DNA of 64,000 nucleotides, taken from NCBI GenBank assembly GCA_004764695.1, contig SMSO01000031.1:5872761-5936760 (forward strand), read 5' to 3'. The stretch comes from Schizochytrium sp. TIO01 (lineage: Eukaryota; Protista; Bigyra: Labyrinthulomycetes). A program made the position numbers and the translations under genes. Positions 56,001-64,000 of the stretch are shown here, one piece after another. Position 1 is the stretch's first letter, and each line of letters opens with the position of its first letter. Under the pieces are notes generated by a model. The model was not told where the DNA came from, ran no database searches, and worked only from the letters and a program-made list of their open reading frames with translations.

Positions 56001-59000
56001 CTCCTTTTTTGGAACGCACAACCACAAATCAGCGGGAAGAAGACATTTTTAGTAAATGAAAATGAGGGAAAACTAGCAAGCCTGGAGCATGGAAAGGAGG
56101 AGGGGAAAGGAGAAGAAGATACTGTTGAAGGTGAAGAGAATGAAGGTGAATTTTTGGGCGATGTAGACAGGTTTGGAGAAGATCCTGCCTCTTATCTTTG
56201 GCGTGGGCTGCTTGAGCTTGGAGAACTAATTCCACCTAAGAAAGGGGGTAAAGATTCAAAAGCAAAGTCGAAAAAGAAGAAGGTGCGCAAAGCCAAGGAT
56301 GTGACTTCGAGACAGATAACTAATAAAGAGGCGCCTATTTGGTTTCGTGAGCTGGAGGAGCAACCTACACTTACAGGGGCGGACTTTAAGCGCATTCCAC
56401 CGACAACGTTATCTTTAGAAAAAGTTCACGGCATTTCTCATGGATTGAAAACCATTGTTTCAGTTAAAAACAATCGCACAGGTTGCTATGATATTATTTA
56501 CTCAGCCGGGGAGATTCTTGTCCTTCTCAGCCCTGAACACGGTAATGAACAGCTTCTTAACTTGGGCTCGCGCATCACCTGCATTGCCTCTTCTTCTGCA
56601 ACATCAGATCGACCTTTAGTTGCCGCAGGTACTATTTCTGGAGATGTTTTGATTGTGGATGTTGAGAATTTCGACATAATACTACACCTTACAGACGTTT
56701 CGCCAGAGCAGGGCGCGATCTGGGCTGTTGCACTCAGTCCATGTGGAGAATACCTTACGGCATGTGCTGGTGAAAGCCGGCGTGAGATTTTACTGTGGCT
56801 TTTAAAGAATACCATAAATGGGGAGCAAGCCCGATTAGTCCTTCCATCAATAGTTTCTACGGTCATTGGGTTAGAATTTAGGCGTAGTCGCAGCAGAGTA
56901 TGTTTTGTTTATGGAGAGGGCTTTATTGCGACGCTACAGATCGATAGAAATACACTCAAGCTTCATTCTCTGCTATCACTTCCTGATTCGGCAATCACTT
57001 GTGTTTCGGAGCTCCTCGATGAGTCTTCTGTTATCTTTGGTGACTCTGCGGGAACAATGCATTTCTGTAGACTTCAAGAGAATGATTTATCTGAACACAG
57101 TAGCAATGCCAAGGCTCACGCCAAAGCTATTACAGACATTAGCATCGTACAACTTACTGGCGAGATTGTGACAGTTGGTGCTGACGGGTTTTTAAAGCGC
57201 TGGCCTGCACCAGAATCAAACGCAGAGTTTCTAAATTTTACTCCGGGGCTGAAGGTTGATGCCGCTGCACTGACTTCCTGTCTTAAGAATACTCCTCTTA
57301 TTTACTGTGTTGCCTTAGCACCATTTGGGCTTGCAAATAAGAAAGCGCGCGCAATCATTTCTCTATCAATTGGTCAAATCCTGCAAATTGATCTCGAATC
57401 AGGCACAACAATGGGTTCGGGTCCTTTGACGCAAGGTTTAGGTGCACCATCTGGTGGATCCCATACTTCCCTTGGCTGTGCTGCAAACCATCCACAAAAC
57501 AGTCAAATTATGTGTATTGTGGGCAGCGATCGCTGGCTTACATTGTTTGATAATAAGTCATGTACACGAACTCCAATTGATGGAGCTGCTCGTAGTGTCT
57601 CGTGGCGCTCTGACGGAAAACACCTTGCCGTGGGCATGACTGGAAATTTTGTGCTAATATATGCTTTAAATGAGAAGATGGAGCTGAGCAAGGTCTTTGA
57701 GCAGGGTGATCTTGGAGGTGGAGGAGAAAAATCAAAGAAGGCAGGAGTAGTGCAAGTTCGCTTTAGTCAGGATAGTAGAGTTTTTGGTTATATTGCGGGC
57801 TCAAAGATCTACATTGTGCTCATTGATGAAAAGTCTGGCAAATATGAGCCTTTTGCAGAGCTCGGGGAAGGCGAAACCCCATTGCTTTCGTTTGAGTTTA
57901 CCCAGAACTCAAAATGTGTACGAGCAATCGACACCAATGGTGGCTTACATGAAATGGATATCCGGGCCCAGGCTGCGATGCGAGAGAAAAACAAGAGAAA
58001 GGCTGAGTGGGCTGAGCGAACAGTCCCAGCCGGAGCAGACCTGCGCGCCCTGTGGTTAGCTGATGAAACTACAGTAGTAACAAGGATGCAAGCGTTTCAT
58101 CAGAATTCGGAGGCGTATGTGGTCCTTGGGACTTCCCCTCATGTTTTGTATTCTGCACACTTACCTCTTCCGGGGCCAAATCCAATAGGCACCTTTCCAA
58201 GCTTCCCTGCAGGACCTCCAGGATCTGCCTTAACCTGTGTGAGCGTTAGCCCAGCTGCTCAACGCGTTGTGAGCATTGATGACATAACAGGGACTGTTCG
58301 CACATGGAGAATGGAGTTGCCACAGCAAGCTGCAGGACTGGAAATTGATTTATCTCCTGCTGTTCCTCTCGCCACAGAAGAGTCTGCAAAAGAACGTTAT
58401 CCAAATCAGAAGCAACAGCATCCAAAGTCTAGCATTGATGGCCATGCTATCGTCGAAATTGAAAACAAGGAAAATGACGATACAAACCTTGAAGAACTAA
58501 TTGCAATGCAATTTGCCGTAAGTTCAGACTGGCTCGATGCACATTTGCATCAATCATCATCTACACCTACAAGCGCTAAAGATTCATATGCAATTGCGCG
58601 AGAGGACATTGTAGGTGCTTCAAATGCTTTACGGCCATCACCAACACATGAACGTGGACAAATGTCGGGCTCGCCACAATCCAAGATGCTAATTGAACAC
58701 GTTTTCGGACGCTCAAGCATATGCGGGGGGCCTTTCTTTACTCGCGAAGGACATTTGGTGACCGCTGCTGCTCGCTTTGGTTTAAGAACCTCGACCTTAG
58801 GGGTTCGCCAACAGCTGCATATTCACGTCCCTATGCACCAAACAAGCTCTCTGTGTAAAACTACTGCTTTAGCACTGTGTGCTCGTGCTGGCATTGCAGC
58901 TGCAGCTGCTACAACTGACAGCGAATCAGAGTCTCTGATAAGGATTTGGCACACAGGAACGTGCTCGTCATCTTCAGTACAACTTGTGAAAGCGAAAGGA

Positions 59001-60698
59001 CAAATTCTTTCTCTAGCTTTTGATCAAGACGGGTTTCGATTGGCGAGTGTATTTTTATCAGATCAAGGGCTATTCAAATTGCAAATTTTTAGAGCACATG
59101 CAAATGCGGGAGCACAAGCAGAATGGAAAGATTCCAAACGGGAAACTATCGAACTATCTACTGCTATGCATCTTATAAATGCCAGCAACGTCCCTGTTTG
59201 GTGCTCTTTTATTGGGAAACGCTCAGTTGCAGTAGGTGGAGAGAGTTTTCTTTTTGTCATTCGTGACATACGAAAACGCGAGAGTGGAGGAATGGTTCAC
59301 TATATTGTACCTGCTCGACCTGAAGGAGCTCAAGAGACGCATCAAGCGGAAGTAGCATTTACGTGTGGCGCGGGATTGGCGAGTCCTGAAAGTGGGATTG
59401 TGGCCACAAACTGTGGCTCTTTGCTTGGATTTTCTCATGGAAAACGGTCACGGACTCTGAGCAAGGCCTGTGAAGTGGGAGCTTATATACGATCTGCATC
59501 AAGCTGCCCAAAGTCTGGATGTTTTGTCACAGGTGATAGCAGAGGCATGGTTCGAGTCATATCTCCCGCCTTGGAGCCAATGACCACTCTAAATCACACT
59601 CTTGATTTAACAACTTGTGGTTCACTACACGAAACACACAATCTCATTACCTCTGTTGATGTTGATGCAGACTGCACTCGAATTGTAGCTGGCTTGGCTA
59701 CTGGCGAGATTATTCTTGCCTCAACCCATACTGGATCCGTTTCCCTTATTGAAGCACCAAACTCCCCTGGGCTATCAGAAACACAAAGCTGGGCTCTTGC
59801 GATCAACCCACTTGTGTCTAAACAAGTATGCGTCGCTTCTGACGATGGCTTTGTTCGTGTCTGGGATCTTGAAACAAAAGAAATGCTTGTATGGGACAGA
59901 ATTGAAGAGGACTCTGTTCACGCTGCAATTCGTGCTGCGGCTTGGTCTCCAGATGGACTATCAATCGCCATTGGTTATGGCCGAGAAGAACACCTTTCCA
60001 ATCGTGCCAAAGCTGGCGCCTTTGCTATTCTGGATGCTTCAACTTTGGATATTATATTCCATGGACGCGATTCTAAAGAGTGGATTACTGATATCAAATT
60101 CTCGCCAAATGGAAGTCATCTTGCCCTGGCCTCGATGGATGGCTGCGTTTATATTTATGACGCACGAAATGGATTCAAGCTTAGTTTTGTATGCGAAAAG
60201 CTAAAACAGGGCGCCATTGCGATCGACTTTGCGAATTCTTCATTGTTTCTTCGTGCCACCACACTGTCCATGGAACATGTTGTATTTAATGCCTCCAGCG
60301 GAGAGCAAGTTGCAGATGAAGAGAAGACAAAGGATCAAGTCTGGTTGACTTCAACATGTCCTACAGCATGGGGATTTCAAGGCTTTGCGATGTCGAAGGC
60401 TTCTCCAAGTGATTTTCCAGAGCTCCCATCTTCAAACACTCGTGATGTTGACCTTAATTTAGCACTCTGTGGAGATGTTCAAGGGAATGTCCATTGGTCA
60501 AATTTCCCCTACTTATCGCTTCCACGTGGCAACGAAGCTGATCGTGTAAAGCGACAGCCTGCTCATGCTGGGCCAGTGATGCGTCTTGCTACAGTTTCTA
60601 TTAACAATGACAACTCGTCGAAAAGCAAAGAGAAATGGGCTCTTTCTCTTGGCTCTCGTGATGGAGCACTGATATTGTGGAAGGTTCAATCAAGGTAG
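53082..60698 (+). CDS. EF-hand + echinoderm microtubule-associated protein-like (EML5/6-type, multiple HELP/WD40 TAPE units), 2538 aa, single exon
   Basis: EF-hands DTDENGLIDALE and YDFDAREALALDEL. Three HELP-like starts (LEHALGF, LEKVHGI, IEHVFGR). EML signatures WSSATCTYGWGVHGAW, ITDIKFSPNGSHLALASMDGCVYIYD and WLTSTCPTAWGFQG. Confidence 0.88.
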   Translation: MGIVNGKARVKDDFRDLQGLSEAGLGQLWVAFNELADGYALDADLWAAILWDARRVLTINVNDMSKDKFEQWCRDCFNVVDTDENGLIDALEALGIICAISSASNMAKLQFAFTLYDFDAREALALDELALLLRTTCTGLVKICSDANIRKPAESIIERIAQNAFKFENINSSARIPREAYEKYFISACLEVESWLAFFNPAIGNGMVASERPSSSLSQTKPQEARGVEQTKLTKKQMAKRRPRYWETHIVDLEPSESMSLRHDESLPAPVDVNLEHALGFNQGVGIVFVAQEDTPVLHHLKQSVENSTHIGDQSETPEVSQRSVFACGNIVVVSSIDEPSNSTLKQTFYQGHSSLVTAIASNNLNLVASAGKNELHVWNSTNCELKVKLAISGLMKAPSHIQFAAKNQLIACGAAIAPASGFNIAIFQYETSPVHVFSESLPDVVRVSGIASATPHLFGLSCIGLGTPIVFERIANISWHKQNAIATGDLGSNVLRRSSDLTAITSLVPDYIGSDENVQKISCFYTGSTSGDLVEWVGRTVNRHIVSAHNSEITALTSAGKNQRVVSCSADGVLKVWSHDFTSAIHELSLQRCVLNLCFSQTSSSILAELEHKSDISRKSSDSRRVLTDLVNLDLQVDSPSAEVHMKTIMPSFSFGIVQVLGTNSEICCLRAGGLFRGPAGSSGSLVPLRPALKDQTKLTSGFDVTKCGKLLAIAQPGAVLLYAYREKKGDAGLVATLSDFREHWPASIKFSPDSQTLIVVLEGDGTAYVYDVGELRIQLERANLAAKNQNFSDLLLCRGKVSPDNVSLVTSVNIDFTEDTRFARIGYTGLNVTSYIDVRAASPVADIAQLKDQFWSSATCTYGWGVHGAWADIEGKHDVCAACVLRPPSVTNSNTAPLLCAGIHTGEIEIRRWPCMTRKRAKKMTTSIKAHSQPITQLIALPQVKRDVEEAVAQSELSSASFASYDSNAGSLLFWNAQPQISGKKTFLVNENEGKLASLEHGKEEGKGEEDTVEGEENEGEFLGDVDRFGEDPASYLWRGLLELGELIPPKKGGKDSKAKSKKKKVRKAKDVTSRQITNKEAPIWFRELEEQPTLTGADFKRIPPTTLSLEKVHGISHGLKTIVSVKNNRTGCYDIIYSAGEILVLLSPEHGNEQLLNLGSRITCIASSSATSDRPLVAAGTISGDVLIVDVENFDIILHLTDVSPEQGAIWAVALSPCGEYLTACAGESRREILLWLLKNTINGEQARLVLPSIVSTVIGLEFRRSRSRVCFVYGEGFIATLQIDRNTLKLHSLLSLPDSAITCVSELLDESSVIFGDSAGTMHFCRLQENDLSEHSSNAKAHAKAITDISIVQLTGEIVTVGADGFLKRWPAPESNAEFLNFTPGLKVDAAALTSCLKNTPLIYCVALAPFGLANKKARAIISLSIGQILQIDLESGTTMGSGPLTQGLGAPSGGSHTSLGCAANHPQNSQIMCIVGSDRWLTLFDNKSCTRTPIDGAARSVSWRSDGKHLAVGMTGNFVLIYALNEKMELSKVFEQGDLGGGGEKSKKAGVVQVRFSQDSRVFGYIAGSKIYIVLIDEKSGKYEPFAELGEGETPLLSFEFTQNSKCVRAIDTNGGLHEMDIRAQAAMREKNKRKAEWAERTVPAGADLRALWLADETTVVTRMQAFHQNSEAYVVLGTSPHVLYSAHLPLPGPNPIGTFPSFPAGPPGSALTCVSVSPAAQRVVSIDDITGTVRTWRMELPQQAAGLEIDLSPAVPLATEESAKERYPNQKQQHPKSSIDGHAIVEIENKENDDTNLEELIAMQFAVSSDWLDAHLHQSSSTPTSAKDSYAIAREDIVGASNALRPSPTHERGQMSGSPQSKMLIEHVFGRSSICGGPFFTREGHLVTAAARFGLRTSTLGVRQQLHIHVPMHQTSSLCKTTALALCARAGIAAAAATTDSESESLIRIWHTGTCSSSSVQLVKAKGQILSLAFDQDGFRLASVFLSDQGLFKLQIFRAHANAGAQAEWKDSKRETIELSTAMHLINASNVPVWCSFIGKRSVAVGGESFLFVIRDIRKRESGGMVHYIVPARPEGAQETHQAEVAFTCGAGLASPESGIVATNCGSLLGFSHGKRSRTLSKACEVGAYIRSASSCPKSGCFVTGDSRGMVRVISPALEPMTTLNHTLDLTTCGSLHETHNLITSVDVDADCTRIVAGLATGEIILASTHTGSVSLIEAPNSPGLSETQSWALAINPLVSKQVCVASDDGFVRVWDLETKEMLVWDRIEEDSVHAAIRAAAWSPDGLSIAIGYGREEHLSNRAKAGAFAILDASTLDIIFHGRDSKEWITDIKFSPNGSHLALASMDGCVYIYDARNGFKLSFVCEKLKQGAIAIDFANSSLFLRATTLSMEHVVFNASSGEQVADEEKTKDQVWLTSTCPTAWGFQGFAMSKASPSDFPELPSSNTRDVDLNLALCGDVQGNVHWSNFPYLSLPRGNEADRVKRQPAHAGPVMRLATVSINNDNSSKSKEKWALSLGSRDGALILWKVQSR

Positions 60699-61227
60699 TA
60701 AACAATACTGACATTTGAAAAAAGAAAAATGTGTCAATTGATTCCGTAGGTTAAATTCTTGCTTGATTGAATATTTCCATTTTAAAAGGATTCACGCGTG
60801 CTATCCTTCAGTTCTGAGGAGACTTTTACAATTCAACAAATTGACCTGGATATTTTGGGTTTCTTCTTTGGAAACGAATTATGATTCCCCAATCAAAGAG
60901 TTTGATGTCTGCTAATAACATTATACAAAGAGATAGGGTTGCGACGTAAAAGTCTCGACAATGTGAAGATGAATCATACGAAACATTACAACAAGCAAAA
61001 TAAATACAGAACTTTGTCTAGGTATTATCGGGACAAATAGAAAATTGAAGCAGGCGAAGGATTTTAATGCAGTTGACAGTCCCAAAGGTACCTCTTGTGA
61101 TGTTAACTAATATGACAATTTTGCACAGGTTGAGGGAAAAGAAACCTTGTTCGACGAGCGCTATAGCACGTAGATTCAATTCTATTTCATTCAAAGTACT
61201 GGAAGTTATTTTTGTTTTGTTAATTCT

Positions 61228-64000
61228 TTAAAAATCTAGCAAGGTTCGTTCACGAACTTCAAGAGGGTTAAGCTTAGAGGTAGCGTTGGTGTCGCCGGTT
61301 GTTGACGATTTATCCCAGGTACCGATCAGCTTAAACATACCCGTACCGAGCGGGATGGGAGTTCCCATGATGATACACTCTGAGACGCCATTAATGTCAT
61401 CCTTGCGCGAATGCGCTGCAGCGTCGAACAAATGATCTGCCGTCTTTTCAAAAGAGGCAAGCATGAGAACAGACTCTTTCATTTTAGCAATACCAAAACG
61501 AGTAATACCCAGAATCGAACCACGATAAGACATAACATCGGCAAGAAGCATAAGGTGGCGTTTATCAATCGCAAGACCGTAACGGCCGAAAATGTAAGCA
61601 ACCTCACGCTGTACAAGCTCACGGGCCGCCTCGATACCAAGCACATCTTCCATTTCCATGACATGGTTGGTGGTTGTTCTGGTACCATCGACACCAGGTG
61701 TTGCAAGAACATTTTGCAAACCCAGACCTTCAACAAGGATTTCGTAGCGTTTGTTGTCGTCCTCTTCGTGGTTAACAACAGCACGGTGAACAGAAGAAAT
61801 TCCATTCACAATAACATTGCGAAGAGCCCGTTTCATTGACTGCATATTGAAAACAAGAGGAAGATCCTCACGCACCTGATAGTCAATACTATCTTTGCCA
61901 GCTGAGTCAACAGTTGCCGCAGTAGTACGGCCTGCAGCAATACGATGCTTGCTGTCCACGACAACGCGAACGTAGTCAACACCAGCATGTACTTGAGTTT
62001 GCTGAGTCTTTGTTCCATCACGGAGTCGGATAGACTTGCATTCGGTGATAGCTCTCTTGACTGATGCTGGGCTTATATCCAAATGAAGTCGGCGAATGCC
62101 CTCTGATGCAAGCTTGACCTTGATTGCACACTCGTCAGGTGTGTATTGTTCTTCGAAGTACTCAGCAATATCACCAAGACGAGTGGATTCAATACGGCCT
62201 TGAACAACACGAGCAACACGCTCGTCGTCATCTTTTGATAGCTTAACCGTGATAATTGGCGTACTGATATTTTTGGAAGCGTTGATAATCTCCTTGATAC
62301 GCGGCACACCAAGCGTAACGTTCATACTTGCAACACCGGCAAAGTGGAAGGTTTTGAGAGTCATCTGAGTACCGGGTTCACCCAATGATTGAGCACCAAT
62401 GGCGCCAACAGCTTCACCGGGCTCGGTCATGGCCTTCATAAAGCGCTGCACAGCAGATTTCATCATAGCATGCACCTGAGTTTCGGTGGTACGGCAAAGC
62501 TTATTAAGACACAAGAGCATCTCCTCGCGAGAGGGTTCAGCCTTAAGATCCGACATTGACCTGTTACCACAGGTGGCAACATAGGCATGGACATCTTCAT
62601 CGCGGCTAAGCGGGAAAGAGGAACCAAAACTCTCTACAATAGTCTCATTCAGACCAAGGTAGTCACAAGTCTTTTTCAATCTGGTAGCAATGGATTCGAT
62701 TGCGTCGTGCATCTCACGCACAAAAAAGGTGACTCCAGAGTTCGACTCACTGAATTGACTGGCAGCGCCAGCGTCACGTTCGGCACCCGTGGTACGCAAA
62801 ACTTGGGTCCAATTCTTGTACATACGTTCACGCACAGCCCGAAGACCAGCTGGGGTCAAAGCAGGCTCTTCACGGCATGGCTGCGTGGGTTTGATATGTT
62901 GCTCAAGACGTTTCCAGTTCACTGGACGGTCACCCTTTTCCATGCATGCTGGGTTGAGGCCGTCATCACCATAGTTGAACTGCACAACACCATTCATGGC
63001 GTTACGAACAGTACCATCGTAAGCAACACTGAGATCTTCGAGTGCTTTCATTAAACGGCGAGCCATGTAGCCAGTCTCGGCAGTTTTCACAGCTGTATCA
63101 ACGAGACCCTCACGGCCACCCATGGTGTGAAAGAAAAACTCTGGAGCAGTGAGACCACTATAAAACGAGTTCTTTACGAAACCACGCGAGTTCGCTCCTT
63201 TGGTGTTCTCATGGAAGTGGGGAAGGGTGCGGCGCACGAAGCCGTAAGGAATACGCTTGCCGCCAACGATTTGCTGACCGACACAGACCATCATCTGACA
63301 AATGTTCAATGGAGAACCCTTTGAACCACAGGTTGCCATGATAAAGGGCTTGTTATGGTGAGGGAGTGTTTGCATGCAGACTTTACCAGCTGTGTCACGC
63401 ACACGTGACAGAACACCAGATACATCAGCCTCCAGAGACTCCTCCATATTACAGCCAGGTTTGGTGATCAAAGTTCTGTTGTCAAACTGCTTAATAAGCT
63501 CGCGACACTTGTCCTCACCGGCCTCAATTTCCTCGACCTTGGCCTTGAGAAGTTCTGGTCCAGGAGTGACATCCTCGAGACCGATTGTAAAGCCCTGGTT
63601 TGTGAGCCAGCGAGTGCAAACTTTAGTCATACGGTTCATAACGTGAGCAGCTTCCATGGGCGAATGGTCGCGAACAAGGACGTAAATGAGGCCAGACTTG
63701 CTTCCACCAAGCACACCTTTACCAATGGTACCACAAATGAGCTCAGAGTTACGGAAAATGACATACCCCTCGTTAGGGCACATGCAGGGGCCATCAGTTT
63801 CGTTACCGGCATACGCACGCTCAGGAGTTTCGAGGTTTACCATCACATCTCGCTCACCACGAGCGAGATTTTGGGTGCGAGGGCGCAAAAGCACAGACCA
63901 CACTTGCTTACCTGTCCACAGCGGCACAGGTTTAAGGATAGACGGCATGGGAATATCGACGTGCTCCAATCCATTGCCAATTGTTGTCACAGCTTGGAGG
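61228..64000 (-). CDS. RPC1: DNA-directed RNA polymerase III largest subunit (RPC1/POLR3A), 5'-truncated by the window edge
   Basis: FFHTMGGREGLVDTAVKTAETGY, EPGTQMTLKTFHFAGVASMNVTLGVPRIKEIINASKNISTPII, GITRFGIAKMKESVLMLASFEKT; no CTD heptads. The frame is open to the window end. Confidence 0.96.
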   Translation of the reverse strand, partial: LQAVTTIGNGLEHVDIPMPSILKPVPLWTGKQVWSVLLRPRTQNLARGERDVMVNLETPERAYAGNETDGPCMCPNEGYVIFRNSELICGTIGKGVLGGSKSGLIYVLVRDHSPMEAAHVMNRMTKVCTRWLTNQGFTIGLEDVTPGPELLKAKVEEIEAGEDKCRELIKQFDNRTLITKPGCNMEESLEADVSGVLSRVRDTAGKVCMQTLPHHNKPFIMATCGSKGSPLNICQMMVCVGQQIVGGKRIPYGFVRRTLPHFHENTKGANSRGFVKNSFYSGLTAPEFFFHTMGGREGLVDTAVKTAETGYMARRLMKALEDLSVAYDGTVRNAMNGVVQFNYGDDGLNPACMEKGDRPVNWKRLEQHIKPTQPCREEPALTPAGLRAVRERMYKNWTQVLRTTGAERDAGAASQFSESNSGVTFFVREMHDAIESIATRLKKTCDYLGLNETIVESFGSSFPLSRDEDVHAYVATCGNRSMSDLKAEPSREEMLLCLNKLCRTTETQVHAMMKSAVQRFMKAMTEPGEAVGAIGAQSLGEPGTQMTLKTFHFAGVASMNVTLGVPRIKEIINASKNISTPIITVKLSKDDDERVARVVQGRIESTRLGDIAEYFEEQYTPDECAIKVKLASEGIRRLHLDISPASVKRAITECKSIRLRDGTKTQQTQVHAGVDYVRVVVDSKHRIAAGRTTAATVDSAGKDSIDYQVREDLPLVFNMQSMKRALRNVIVNGISSVHRAVVNHEEDDNKRYEILVEGLGLQNVLATPGVDGTRTTTNHVMEMEDVLGIEAARELVQREVAYIFGRYGLAIDKRHLMLLADVMSYRGSILGITRFGIAKMKESVLMLASFEKTADHLFDAAAHSRKDDINGVSECIIMGTPIPLGTGMFKLIGTWDKSSTTGDTNATSKLNPLEVRERTLLDF

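Overview
Eukaryotic nuclear DNA, gene-dense and mostly intron-poor. The proteins look stramenopile-like and the layout suggests a labyrinthulomycete/thraustochytrid (inference, not verified). Recognisable genes: PRP18 (2 exons), a fatty-acid-hydroxylase-family desaturase, RBBP4/MSI1, CCT8, KMO, a 2538-aa EF-hand + EML-type WD40 protein and the 3' part of RPC1, plus several uncharacterised ORFs. Three things stand out. (1) A 16-exon gene (34473..28404, minus strand), mostly missed by the ORF track, encodes LRR-Roc-COR-SAM-like-TIR-like. Almost every LRR sits on its own symmetric phase-2 exon (mostly 84 nt) while the rest of the gene is one 3.1-kb exon. It is a candidate exon-modular innate-immune receptor with degenerate GTPase and TIR catalytic motifs. 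(2) A ~5.7-kb Dada-superfamily transposase with a C-terminal Ulp1 SUMO protease is broken only by four same-sign -1 frameshifts and one probable intron, and has Lys at the expected catalytic Glu. (3) Short TpA-rich (TAG/CTA/TAC/GTA) patches recur about 60-650 bp upstream of most start codons. A type I membrane protein with four WIF-like Cys-paired repeats is also notable. All domain calls come from motif recognition by eye and need HMM or structure confirmation.
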